Part shown: positions 29,484 to 41,539 of the stretch, one piece after another
Position numbering within the stretch: position 1 is the first letter of the stretch
Layout of the letters: every line of letters begins with the position of its first letter
Origin: Candidatus Latescibacterota bacterium
Lineage (GTDB): Bacteria > Latescibacterota > UBA2968 > GCA-2709665
Length of the DNA stretch: 64,000 bases
Assembly: GCA_965219455.1 (NCBI GenBank)
Contig: OZ244744.1
Coordinates: 3,072,001 to 3,136,000 of the forward strand
Direction: 5' to 3'
The notes under the pieces: generated by a model
What the model saw: only the letters and a program-made list of their open reading frames with translations
Databases searched by the model: none
Told to the model about the DNA's origin: nothing
Position numbers and translations under genes: made by a program

Positions 29484-29957
29484 TTAACCGGACTCGCGCA
29501 GCGCCCTTAGCACCGCCGCGCCGTGCTCGGCGGGCCGGGCCCGTTTCCAAACCCTGGTCAGTATTCCATCGGGGCCAATGATGAAAGTCGACCGCGTCAT
29601 TCCCTGGAACCGACGACCATAGAGGACTTTCTCACCCCATGCGCCATAGCGCGTGGCGACGGTTGCTTCGTCATCTACCAGCAGGGGAAACGGCAGCCGT
29701 TGGCGTTCGCGGAAATCCCGGTGCGAATCGGCATCGTCTCTCGAAACACCGAGCACGATTGCACCCTCGGCCAGGATTTCGGCGTGATGATCCCGAAAAG
29801 AGCAGGCCTGAGTCGTACAACCCGGGGTCTCATCGCGCGGATAGAAGTAGAGGACGACCGTCCGGCCCCGGTATCCGGCCAGCGAATGGATGTTGCCGTC
29901 CTGGTCCGCGAGCGCGAATTCCGGGGCAACGTCGCCTGCCCCCAGCGTGATTGCCAT
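29484..29957 (-). CDS. bcp: Thioredoxin-dependent peroxiredoxin (BCP/PrxQ)
   Basis: 'LYFYPRDETPGCTTQACSFRD'. Confidence 0.93.
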   Translation of the reverse strand: MAITLGAGDVAPEFALADQDGNIHSLAGYRGRTVVLYFYPRDETPGCTTQACSFRDHHAEILAEGAIVLGVSRDDADSHRDFRERQRLPFPLLVDDEATVATRYGAWGEKVLYGRRFQGMTRSTFIIGPDGILTRVWKRARPAEHGAAVLRALRESG

Positions 29958-30126
29958 CGTGGTCCCTTCTTATACTACCTTCAACGAATATGCGCTGCAG
30001 GCCGAAGTGCGGCTTCGGGACGAATTGCTCTACGTCAATGACGCGTTGTCGACTGATGCCCTGCATTCCGCGCCTATCTCGGCTCCTCGGATGCTCGGAT
30101 GCCGCCGTGGCGAGCACCCGATGAGA

Positions 30127-32262
<2,136 letters not shown>

Positions 32263-32767
32263 TTACCTCCCGTTAGATGTTCTGGATATGGCGCAACCCT
32301 ACGGAACCGTTGCAAGCCTGGTGTATTGTTGGCGTATAGGAAGAAAATACGACGTTCTCTCGTTCACAGGCAAGGGGAATCTGGCGGGAAATGGGACAGG
32401 TTCGGGCGTCCAGCCCCCGCAGGAGCGGTGCTACCGGGATGCGTGGCGGAGCATGCACCAGCCTGCTGCCGGATGCCGGGCGTCGGATACGTCGAATTGC
32501 CGCGATGTGGGTCTGGCTGCCGGCGCAGGTGGCCATTCACGCCACGCGAGGACACAATTCTCCCCGGTCGCACGTAAGGCGGCCAAGGGAAAGGCCGGGT
32601 TAGCCCGCGTGTTCGAATTCGGTCTGAGGTTGGAGCGTTAAGGTGTGATGGGTGGTGGACGCGAGGCAAGACCGGCCCCGGCGAGGCAGGTGCGAATGGC
32701 CAGGGGCCGGATGAGTGCGGTGACGGTCTTCATCGAAGGACCTGATTGAGGAAAGTGCAGGTGCCAA

Positions 32768-33637
32768 TCAGCGGATCTGGATGCGTAGTAATTTGCTCCG
32801 GACTGCATCCAGGAATCTGTTTTTCTCTCGACGATTGAAATACTCAGCCGTCCGTTGTGCGCCGTATATATTGCCCAGGTGGAAAAGTCCTGCTATGGAA
32901 ATTGCAAAGTAGGTCGTCAGGTGACTGTTTTTCTCACTCCGGTTAAATTTGTACATTGCGTAAGAAGAAAAGGCAAATGCCGTGACAAAACCCAATGCCT
33001 GTAGTCCATCGTAGTAGTGTTTAGAGTAAATCTGACCGCTTCCAGGCAGAAAGGCCGACATGGTGGCTGCCAAATGCGGATTTCTCCGGGGCAGATTACC
33101 TGCCTGCAAGGCATCCTGCGAAACATCACTGGCGATCTGTCCGACCAGAGTCTGTGGATGGGTCAGGGCAATTTCGCTGAAATCCTGGCTGGCTCTGCGC
33201 CAGTTGCCGGACTCCAGGATCAGCAGCCCCAGATAACAGGCGGCCAGGCCATTGCTGTCTATCGCTGCTGCCTGCCTCCAGTAACTCCGAGCCTTGGAAT
33301 GCAATTTCATTTGATAGTAATTCAGTCCCAGAAATATCAGTGCCTTGTAATGGTAGTTTTCTTCTATATTGGGATGGTTCAGCAGACGAGAAAGGAATGT
33401 TATGGAAGCTTTGTAGCGGTGACTATTGTAGTAGGACAAGGCAATCTGCGCCAGGCAGTACTGTTCAAGGGATCGCTTACCCGTATAGTACAAGGCTTCT
33501 TTGTAAGCCGATATCGCCCTATAAAAGTCCTTGTCTTTGAACAGATGGTCGGCGTAATCCAGTTGCGTTTGAGCCGGGATGGTGCTGTGAATCGCGAATA
33601 TCAGAATGACAACCGTGAGGACTCTGTTTCTATACAA
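32768..33637 (-). CDS. Secreted/membrane TPR protein
   Basis: TPR-like helices; 'SAFLPGSGQIY' TM2-like membrane motif. Confidence 0.7.
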   Translation of the reverse strand: MYRNRVLTVVILIFAIHSTIPAQTQLDYADHLFKDKDFYRAISAYKEALYYTGKRSLEQYCLAQIALSYYNSHRYKASITFLSRLLNHPNIEENYHYKALIFLGLNYYQMKLHSKARSYWRQAAAIDSNGLAACYLGLLILESGNWRRASQDFSEIALTHPQTLVGQIASDVSQDALQAGNLPRRNPHLAATMSAFLPGSGQIYSKHYYDGLQALGFVTAFAFSSYAMYKFNRSEKNSHLTTYFAISIAGLFHLGNIYGAQRTAEYFNRREKNRFLDAVRSKLLRIQIR

Positions 33638-33659
33638 TTCGACCTCCGTTCAGACCGGC

Positions 33660-34187
33660 CTATTTGGTGGGGGAGAACTGGACGATGCAGAGCCTCGAGT
33701 ATTGTCTTGAATTTTCCGGTGGGCCTACGATGCTGGTCGACAGCTGCTGGTAACCGGGAGTTTGAAGATGAGGTTTATCAGTTTCCGGATATAAGAAAAA
33801 ACTGTCATCCAGCTTTAGCACACCATCTTTCGATTCTCTTAGACCGTAATGCCAAAAACTGCTCGAGTTCTCCCGATAGAAGTACCGGTCAATGAAAACC
33901 GAAACACCCAGTATCAACCCGTACTTATCTATTGCCTGTCGGGCATAGTTAGAGCAGGATATATGAAACGGACAGCGACTTATGGAATTCGGTCCTATTT
34001 TTTTTTGATAAAACTGAATCATCCTGTCAGTTATCAGCCTTCCCAGACCTGGACGAGAAAAAAAACGGGCAGCAGGCAGGGAGATATCTTCCGGTTCCCA
34101 GGCCGATATTTCTATATAGTCATCCTGGGCACTCACAGTACTGGAAACAAAAAAACATGCAATCAGAAAGGTGGCTGCTTTTCCCAT
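33660..34187 (-). CDS. YidD-like (membrane protein insertion efficiency factor) domain protein with signal peptide
   Basis: 'FYQKKIGP…RCPFHISCSNYARQAIDKYG'. Confidence 0.7.
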   Translation of the reverse strand: MGKAATFLIACFFVSSTVSAQDDYIEISAWEPEDISLPAARFFSRPGLGRLITDRMIQFYQKKIGPNSISRCPFHISCSNYARQAIDKYGLILGVSVFIDRYFYRENSSSFWHYGLRESKDGVLKLDDSFFLYPETDKPHLQTPGYQQLSTSIVGPPENSRQYSRLCIVQFSPTK

Positions 34188-34191
34188 TGAC

Positions 34192-34800
34192 TTACTGCCT
34201 GATGAAAGGCACGGTCAAAGTTCTTACATGGCCATGATGGCGAGTGTGGAATACCAAATAAGTCTCGTTGATATTCTGATTTGAGAGCGCTGTGACCAGA
34301 TTGATGGCAATCTGACCCGCACCAAGATCTCTCACGGGGCTAAAGAGGCGGTTTACGCCGAAGCCCTCACCGCCTATCCAACGTAAGTCGCAACCACTTA
34401 AGTCGCAATCATCCGAGTCGCAATCATCCGAGCCGCAATCATTCGAGTCACAATCATTTGGGTCGCAGAGGTCGAAAGACCAGTCAGAATCTCTCTTCTT
34501 TTCCTTCTCCTCCTTTTTCTCTTCCTCCTCCTTTTTAAATACAAAGGGATTCTGCTCTTTGTAACCTGGCAGGATAAATAACACGGAAAAGTCACCCCCG
34601 GGTGGAATCCTGACAGTGGCCGGGGTAACACCTCGAAACACTTCAACGCCTTCAGAGTTCCTCAAAACAACCTCGGCATTGTTTTGCGTAGAACGAGTCA
34701 AGGCATTTTGTTTAAATGTCGTGGCACAGCCGACAAACGCCAGCAAGAATATCACGATACAAAAGGCGGATACCCCTCGAGCTAATGAACCAATAGACAT
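34192..34800 (-). CDS. Lipoprotein with Glu/Lys tract and Cys-Asp pentapeptide repeats
   Basis: Lipobox AFVGC; 'GVTPATV' PEGA-like segment; GGAGG RBS. Confidence 0.6.
   Translation of the reverse strand: MSIGSLARGVSAFCIVIFLLAFVGCATTFKQNALTRSTQNNAEVVLRNSEGVEVFRGVTPATVRIPPGGDFSVLFILPGYKEQNPFVFKKEEEEKKEEKEKKRDSDWSFDLCDPNDCDSNDCGSDDCDSDDCDLSGCDLRWIGGEGFGVNRLFSPVRDLGAGQIAINLVTALSNQNINETYLVFHTRHHGHVRTLTVPFIRQ
34386..34468. repeat. 15-bp coding tandem repeat (six units, CDxxD)
   Basis: AGTCGCAA-type units at 34386, 34401, 34416, 34431, 34446, 34461. Confidence 0.8.
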
Positions 34801-35179
34801 GTCGAGGCCTCCTATGGTTAAAGTTAGTCCATCATTCAGTTGGAAACTCAAACCCAAATTTAATGGCTGGACGATGCACAGGTTTTGCACCTGCTTCTAT
34901 CGTTGTCGGGAGATTCAAGATCATGTCGACAATTCATGAGAATCAGACGTGATCATTAAAATAGATTAATCACACGGACAAGTGATGTCAACACCTAAGG
35001 TTTGTCCAATAATTCGAGAATTTGTCCCATCCTCCACTTTTTTCGATTTGAGGTCGGATTGTCTCCATATTTTGCTTGAAATATCCTCCTGAACTACCGT
35101 TCCGGGGCAGCGGTGTTGACCGCCGCCGCCGAATTCCATGGCGGCAGTATCGAAAGCGTCAACTTCACGCCCGCGGTCG

Positions 35180-35400
35180 AGCGCGCCAACGCGGCTTGCA
35201 GCATCCGCCTGGCACCAACACGAATCAGGGCTTCCAGGCTCAACGACACTTCATCTTTGACTATCGTCTCAACTTCGGAGGCTGTATATTGTCTCATCGA
35301 GCGTATCCTTTCTCCCTCGTCTGAGGGATCTCGGGTTAATTGTGATACTATAGGATACGCTCTTTTTTTTATCTCATCCACAACTATTGAATATAACTCT
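35180..35400 (-). pseudogene. IS256-like transposase 5' remnant
   Basis: 'SLEALIRVGARRMLQAAL' resembles the IS256 N-terminus; truncated. Confidence 0.5.
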
Positions 35401-35486
35401 GGCATTTCTGAAAATGAGCAAGTTCGATATCGCCGAGTTGGAGAAGGCGTTTCGCAATGCGTAAGCCCAGGCCGAAAGGAAAACCC

Positions 35487-35675
35487 ATGCACAAGACCAA
35501 CCAGTTGAGAGCCGGAGCGGCGATGATTGACATCACGCCACCGACGCGGGCCGCCTACGCCCGAGGCGGACACGAGGCCAACAAAGACGTGACCTACTGG
35601 GCCAAACTCGCCCCCGGCTGCCTTGAAACCGTGGTTGAGCGGGCCCGGACGCTGGTACAAGACCTGTTTGTATGA
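35487..35675 (+). pseudogene. Internally deleted copy of the ceramidase-family gene at 39463-40878
   Basis: N-terminus 'LRAGAAMIDITPP' fused directly to C-terminus 'TRAAYARGGHEA…LFV'. Confidence 0.85.
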
Positions 35676-35767
35676 ACGATTTATCGGGCTACGTCCAGGA
35701 TGTGGAACGTCGAAAATGTAATTGTCCACAGACAAAACGCAGATTCATAACCGGGAAAAAGTAAACA

Positions 35768-36361
35768 ATGCCGCGCAAAAACAGGGTCCTCAGCGTCGAC
35801 GATACGACCCCCTTATTTACCCTCCCCTCGCATCAGCAACGACACGTGTCGCTGGCATCCCATCGGGAAAACGAACACGTCGTTCTGACGTTTTTTCGGG
35901 GGACCTGGTGAAGGAGAAGCCGTCGTCAGTTGGCGACTGTGCAAGAACATATAGACGCTTACGCCGAACGTAACGCGACATCTATTGCTATCGCCGCAGG
36001 GCGGCAGCTTTGCGAACTGCGCGAATATGCCGAACGCAGTGGCATCACCTATCCTCTTTTGCCGGACGAAGACTGGAGCATCATCAAGAGTTATGGGGTA
36101 TATCACGGGTTCGGCCTGGCGATGCACAACCTCGCTTACAACATCGTCCGCCCCACGACGTTCATCATCGACAATCTCGGCTATCCTTTACACAACTGGA
36201 TCGGCCTGGCGGATCACAATCTCAGCAACAGCATTGCCCGCCCGGCGACGTTCATCATCGATAGCTTCGGCACTATCAGATATATGTACATCGGCTCGAA
36301 TCAGTTTGATTTGGCCGAACAGGAAGAAATTCTCGAACATTTGAATTCGCTGACGCGGTGA
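35768..36361 (+). CDS. AhpC/TSA peroxiredoxin-like selenoprotein (TGA at 35909-35911 read as Sec)
   Basis: 'TPLFTLPS…VVLTFFRGTW-U-RRSRRQL…YPLLPDED…RPATFIID'; ATG 35768 is in frame; hairpin GTCGTC-AGTT-GGCGAC at 35922-35937. Confidence 0.7.
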
Positions 36362-36362
36362 G

Positions 36363-36680
36363 GTCCGAATGAGTAATTTCGTCGCCGCGACCCGGTCAGG
36401 TAGAACCACTTGCCCGACGGCCACAGTCCGCGATTGAGGACGTCGCCCGAGTGCTTGATTTCGGCCGAATGGCCGCGCCAATCGGTGTGCCACCCTACGG
36501 GAGCCGAACCAGTCCGGCGGATGATGGCAGCTGAGCGGTGGATCGTCAACTCGTCGGTGGCAATCAGGTGCCGGTTAATAACCATGAAGGGCTCGTAGTC
36601 GAGCACCTCGCAAGCACCCGGCGGTAGCCCAAGTCCGGCTTTTGAATGTGCGAATAGTCTGCCATGACTTTCCTCCATAC
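36363..36680 (-). pseudogene. PhyH-like dioxygenase fragment
   Basis: 'VGWHTDW…KWFYLTGS' HxD motif; no credible start or end. Confidence 0.45.
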
Positions 36681-36737
36681 AAGTGCCCGGTTATTAGAGT
36701 CGCGATTGGCGGGGTAGCGGGAAAATACATGGCCCTG

Positions 36738-38282
36738 TTAGAAGCGCTGCGCCTGAGCACCGTTTGCAAGCGCCAGCTCGTAGCAGGCAGCCTCGCTGTC
36801 CGTGCGCACTAACAGATAGGGTGTGGCAAAGGCCGGGGGATTCCAGGTTTTGCCGTCGAAGGCCGTCATGCGCGCTAGTTCTACGTGGCGGTCGGGGCGA
36901 GCCTCGACCAGTAACACGTCACCCGATTCGCTCATTATCAGCAGGATATCGTCTATCAGGATGAGCTGGCCGTGGCCGTAGCGCCCGCGCTTCCAGCGAC
37001 GCTTGCCGTCTTGCGGGTCGAGGCAGACCAGTACCCCATCGTCGAGGCCATAGACAAAACCATCGCAATAGACCATGTTGGCAAATTTGGCCTTGATCCG
37101 GGGGCTTTTCCAGACGATATCGGTCGTCAACTCGCCGTTGGGCGCGGCATTCACTTGATACAGCTTGGCTCCAATGCCGTAGCCGGTGGAGACCAGAACC
37201 CGGTTCCCGGGCAAGGGCAGGGGATTGGCAATGCATTCAACCCGATCCCAGGGCTGACGCCAAAGGGGAGTTCCGCTCTGCGGATCGTGCGCGACAACGC
37301 TGTGGTTGTTGAAGATCAGGATCTGCTCGCGTCCAGCCAACGTGACCAGACGCGGCGAACTGAAGCCGGCCTTGTCTGTGCCCCCACCCCAGACAAATGC
37401 GCCGTTTTGGCGGTGATAGGCCACGAGCGAGCGCTCATCCGAGCCTCCGGCACTGACCACGACCAAGGTGTCGAGGACCAACGGCGAACAGCTAATGCCC
37501 CACATATGGGCCTCAGCCTGGTTGGCGGCGAGGATGTCCCGCGACCAAATCAGCGCCCCGCTGGCCAGATCCAGGCAGTTGAGGATGCCAGTAGCGCCCA
37601 GCGTGAAAACCCGGTCTCCAGCGATGGTGGGCGTAGCGCGCGGGCCGACGCCGGCTACGGCGGTCTCGTAGCGAGTCGAGTCGGCGTGTTGCCAGAGCTT
37701 GCGGCCCGTTGCCAAGTCGTAGCAGACGACCTGCTCCTCGGGGCCGTGTTGCTCCTGGGTTACGGCCCGGCCGCCGACAATGGCAAAGGAGGACCAGGCT
37801 GCGCCGACGGGGCGACGCCAGATTTCGCGCGGCGGGTGCTTGGCCCAGTCGGGCTCGAGGTGGACGCCGCGGAGGCGGTTGTTGCGTTCGGGGCCGAGAA
37901 ATTGCGGCCAATCGCGGGCGTCGAGCGCGGTGGCGTCCCCTCCTTCGACCTCGGTGGCTTCCCCTTTGGTGCTCCAACGCCATTCGAGGACCGGTACGAA
38001 GTCGCCGCTCATACCCTTAATGCGAATAAGTCCAATACCAAGCGCAATGACGAGGACGGCACCGCCGAAATAGCGCAGACGCCGTCCCCAGGCCAGCCGC
38101 GACGCGAAGAGCAACCAGAGCAAAGCAAAGAAAATCGCGAGAATGAAGGTGGCCATGCTGCGCATGACCTGTTGCTGGCGATGGGGGGCTTCGGGCAACC
38201 AGATCAGCAGGAGCGCCAGGACGACGATGCCTCCGAGGAAATAGAGAGGCCATAAGCGAGGGCGAGCCGAGGACATGGGCAT
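36738..38282 (-). CDS. PQQ-like beta-propeller (BamB-like) membrane protein, copy 1
   Basis: Three N-terminal TM helices; 'DWPQFLGPERN', repeated 'DLATG…LW' blades. Confidence 0.85.
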   Translation of the reverse strand: MPMSSARPRLWPLYFLGGIVVLALLLIWLPEAPHRQQQVMRSMATFILAIFFALLWLLFASRLAWGRRLRYFGGAVLVIALGIGLIRIKGMSGDFVPVLEWRWSTKGEATEVEGGDATALDARDWPQFLGPERNNRLRGVHLEPDWAKHPPREIWRRPVGAAWSSFAIVGGRAVTQEQHGPEEQVVCYDLATGRKLWQHADSTRYETAVAGVGPRATPTIAGDRVFTLGATGILNCLDLASGALIWSRDILAANQAEAHMWGISCSPLVLDTLVVVSAGGSDERSLVAYHRQNGAFVWGGGTDKAGFSSPRLVTLAGREQILIFNNHSVVAHDPQSGTPLWRQPWDRVECIANPLPLPGNRVLVSTGYGIGAKLYQVNAAPNGELTTDIVWKSPRIKAKFANMVYCDGFVYGLDDGVLVCLDPQDGKRRWKRGRYGHGQLILIDDILLIMSESGDVLLVEARPDRHVELARMTAFDGKTWNPPAFATPYLLVRTDSEAACYELALANGAQAQRF

Positions 38283-38412
38283 TGATCCGTTGTGTTAGAC
38301 GCCGCCGGTGACGGTCTCCAAGCGGACCCAATCGCCGCTTGCGACCGAGCGGGCAATGGCGGCCATCGCCCGCATAGCTTGAGTTCCATCCTCCACACTT
38401 GGCGGTCTTTGT

Positions 38413-38799
38413 TCACGCACTTTCGGTGGGCAAAATGGCGTAGGCTTCGATCTCGACGACCAGATGCGGCTTTAGCAGCGCAGCTATGATGACCAGGGTC
38501 GAAGCCGGCAAAATCTCGCCAAATACCTCGTGGTGAGCGCGGGTGACGCCAGCAGCATGAGCCGCATCCGTGATGTACACGACCGTTCGCACCACGTCGT
38601 CGAGGCTGGCACCGGTTTCGTCGAGCGCTTTGGCGATGATCTGTAACGCGCCCCTGGCCTGCTCGTAGGCATCGCCCTGGTCGTCAGGCGGCTGGGCGCA
38701 GGTGCCAGCGACGTGGACGTGCCGGTCCACGCGCACGGCGCGCGAGTAACCGAATTCCGCGCCAAATGCGCTGCTGGTAGCTATGTTTTTGCGTTTCAT
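38413..38799 (-). CDS. RidA/YjgF family protein, copy 1
   Basis: 'GYSRAVRV…VAGT…DVVRT…PASTLV…VEIEAYA'. Confidence 0.9.
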   Translation of the reverse strand: MKRKNIATSSAFGAEFGYSRAVRVDRHVHVAGTCAQPPDDQGDAYEQARGALQIIAKALDETGASLDDVVRTVVYITDAAHAAGVTRAHHEVFGEILPASTLVIIAALLKPHLVVEIEAYAILPTESA

Positions 38800-38890
38800 G
38801 GGTCTCCTTTATCCATGGCTTCCTCTGCCTCCACCCACTCCTCCAAGAGGGCCGCCAACGTACGCTCGATATCCGCCTGTTCGCATCTGC
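38796..38890 (-). pseudogene. C-terminal tail remnant resembling an ABC-F ATPase
   Basis: 'EQADIERTLAALLEEWVEAEE'; second copy at 43639-43755. Confidence 0.4.
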
Positions 38891-39462
38891 TTTTCTCCTT
38901 CAATAATTCGACAGTAAAGGTATAACTAAAGGAAATCAAAATCAAAGCCCAAGTGCGCCTGTTCAATGTGCTGGGTGTATAGCAACCCATAGCCCCGTTG
39001 GAAGTACGGTTCAGGAAGAACGAGCTGCTTCCTCCGTTTTGCCAATATTGCATCGTCTCCCTACCCCCTCCGCCGCAGTTCGAGTTCGCCGCCTGGCCTC
39101 CTACGCGATTCGCTCCCTGCGTGAGCCGTACGGAGGAGTGCGCCATCAAGTGCCATGCCGATCCCTGAAACGCGACAAAATCCTTTACCGCGGTACTCTG
39201 AGCATTCACGAACGATTCTGTGGGACGACAGGCGATTCATGAGGGACCCTGCTGGATCCTTGCGTACGTTTTCGGCGAACTGCATATTACCAATATCGGT
39301 ACCTTATTTTTCCTCAGGCCGAACAACGCACACGTTCGCGTGACCGCCTGGATCCTTTCCAAATCAGCCAAAATTCCGTTTATCCTGCCTATGCACCAGA
39401 GGCGCTGACCGACGCCGAGCCTTTTGTGCGCTTTGACGCCCTCGGCGTCGAAAGGAAAAACC

Positions 39463-40878
39463 ATGCATGAGACCAATCTGCTGAGAGCCGGAGCGGCGAT
39501 GATTGACATCACGCCACCGCCGGGGACGCATCTGGCGGGAAGCGGGGCTGGCGAGCACCGCCCGGCCCAAACCGTGATGGATCCGCTTTTTGCCAAGGCC
39601 ATCGTCTTTGAAGTCGGCCAGCGGCGCGTCTGCATGGTGATCCTGGATCTCACCATTGTCACCTGGGACTACACGGACCAGATCCGCGCCGCTATCGGCG
39701 GGCATACGGGCATCGCACCGGAGGCGATCATGGTCCAGGCGACCCAGACGCACTCCGCCCCGAGCCTCGGCTACTTTATGCTGGATCCGGATTTCCCTTT
39801 GGAGACCCACGCGGAGACGGAGTATCTGCGCGGAGGCGAGCGCGCCTACGGCGACCGGGTTGCTGCCGCCGCAGTGGAGGCTGCGGTCGAAGCGGTGGGC
39901 AAGCTGCAACCCGTGCGCATCGGTTTGGGGCGCGGCGTGTTGGGGGACCTGGCTTTCAATCGCCGCGGCATACGCCGGGACGGCGCCATCGCCATGCCCA
40001 AGCCGCTGGGCCGGGAACAACAGCCGTTCGGGAACGCGGATATCTGCTATCTCGAAGGGCCGATGGACCCGGAAGTCGGCGTGTGCTGCGTCCAGGACAT
40101 GGATATGCGGCCGGTGGCCTTTCTCCTGCACTACACCTGTCACCCGGTCAATGCGTTCGGAAATCCCAAGTCCTACCGGACGGTGTCGGCGGATTGGCCT
40201 GGCGCCTGGACGCGGGAGATGCAGCAGCTGTTCGGCTTCGACGCGGTGCCGTTGGTCGTCAACGGCTGTTGCGGCAACATCAACCCCTGGCATCCTTTCG
40301 ACCCGGATTGCCGGCCGGACCACCGGCGAATGGGGCGCGAATTGGCGCAGATGAGCGAACGAATTGTTCACAATATGGCGTTTACCAACAACGCTGCGTT
40401 GGCTTGCAGCGTCGAAAAGGTAGGCCTGCCCTTCCGCGAGATTCCGGCCAAGCGCTTGCGCGAGGTCAATGCGATTCTCACTGAGAATCCACAACCGCCG
40501 CGCGGAGCAAACGGCGAAGTGGATCCGCACTGGTTTCGGGCCGCTTCGACCCGCAGCGTCGAACTATGCCGGCAGCGGGACGCCGAGTTCCCCTATGAAA
40601 TCCAGGCTTTCCGCATCGGCGACCTGGGCGTTATCGGCCTGCCCGGAGAACCGTTTGTCGAAGGACAACTCGCACTCAAAACGAACTCGGCGGCGCCCTT
40701 TCTCTTTCCGGCGCACCTTACGACGCACTATGTCGGCTACCTGCCGACGAGGGCGGCCTACGCCCGAGGCGGACACGAGGCCAACGAAGACGTTACCTAC
40801 TGGGCCAAGCTCGCCCCCGGCAGCCTCGAAACCGTGGTCGAACAGGCTCGGACGCTGGTACAAGAGCTGTTTGTATGA
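39463..40878 (+). CDS. Neutral/alkaline ceramidase-family hydrolase
   Basis: 'IDITPP', 'DPLFAKA', 'ATQTHSAP', 'FNRR', 'YTCHP', 'SADWPG', 'GCCGNIN', 'LPGEPF', 'GYLPT'. Confidence 0.8.
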   Translation: MHETNLLRAGAAMIDITPPPGTHLAGSGAGEHRPAQTVMDPLFAKAIVFEVGQRRVCMVILDLTIVTWDYTDQIRAAIGGHTGIAPEAIMVQATQTHSAPSLGYFMLDPDFPLETHAETEYLRGGERAYGDRVAAAAVEAAVEAVGKLQPVRIGLGRGVLGDLAFNRRGIRRDGAIAMPKPLGREQQPFGNADICYLEGPMDPEVGVCCVQDMDMRPVAFLLHYTCHPVNAFGNPKSYRTVSADWPGAWTREMQQLFGFDAVPLVVNGCCGNINPWHPFDPDCRPDHRRMGRELAQMSERIVHNMAFTNNAALACSVEKVGLPFREIPAKRLREVNAILTENPQPPRGANGEVDPHWFRAASTRSVELCRQRDAEFPYEIQAFRIGDLGVIGLPGEPFVEGQLALKTNSAAPFLFPAHLTTHYVGYLPTRAAYARGGHEANEDVTYWAKLAPGSLETVVEQARTLVQELFV

Positions 40879-40934
40879 ACGATCCGGGGTACATCCAAGC
40901 GGAACCCGCGGCTGAATCGAGCTGAGGGGCTGCT

Positions 40935-41070
40935 GGCGCTCAGTCGGCAGGTGCGGGCGGTGGATGTCGCGCCGACGCTGTGCTACTTGCTCGGCATCCC
41001 CATGCCCGAGCAGGTGGGGGGCGGCGTGGTCTACGAGGCGCTTGAAGACGCAGACTGGCACCTGCGATGA
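40935..41070 (+). pseudogene. Alkaline phosphatase-superfamily C-terminal remnant
   Basis: 'VRAVDVAPTLCYLLGIPMP…GGVVYEAL'. Confidence 0.55.
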
Positions 41071-41136
41071 AGGCGGCCTGCTACTGCGGCGACAGCACGG
41101 TCGAAATTTGAATCGACACCCAAGGGCGGAGGATGT

Positions 41137-41511
41137 ATGAGTGAAAGTGAACGCTACGAAGCAGGGCGCAGAGTTCTCTCGACGATGCTCGGAGAGGCCG
41201 CTGCAGAGGCCTCTGCCAAGAAGATGCGCACACTTCATCCCGAGTTCGAGCGACTCGTGATGGAGCACGTGATGCATGACCTGTACGGACGGGACGGGCT
41301 GGACATCAAGACCCGTCTGCTGTGCACGATCGCGGCCTTGACGGTTCTCGGCAGGCCGGAACAACTTGCTGTTCACATCGACCGAGCCCTTGGTTGTGGA
41401 TCCACAAGGACGGAGATTGAGGAGGTCATGTTGCAGATGAGCGCTTTCGGCGGATTTCCGGCGACGTGGGATGCTCTGACCGTTCTTCAAGGACAGAACC
41501 AGGGGGAATAA
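41137..41511 (+). CDS. Carboxymuconolactone decarboxylase family protein
   Basis: 'RDGLDIKTRLLCTIAAL…QLAVHIDRAL…EIEEVMLQ…GGFP'. Confidence 0.88.
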   Translation: MSESERYEAGRRVLSTMLGEAAAEASAKKMRTLHPEFERLVMEHVMHDLYGRDGLDIKTRLLCTIAALTVLGRPEQLAVHIDRALGCGSTRTEIEEVMLQMSAFGGFPATWDALTVLQGQNQGE

Positions 41512-41539
41512 CAAGGGGATTTCTTTAAGCTCGACGGAC

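Noticed and set aside
32640-32760. GAGGAAAGT plus a GC hairpin as RNase P RNA or a riboswitch
   Set aside because: The motif continues GCAGG rather than CC, and no other conserved elements were found
35094-35735. 213-aa minus-strand ORF as a real gene
   Set aside because: It is a chimera of the antisense ceramidase remnant and an IS256-like stub
38796-39209. 137-aa ORF as an intact gene
   Set aside because: Only the last ~30 codons resemble a protein tail; the rest runs through a dispersed repeat
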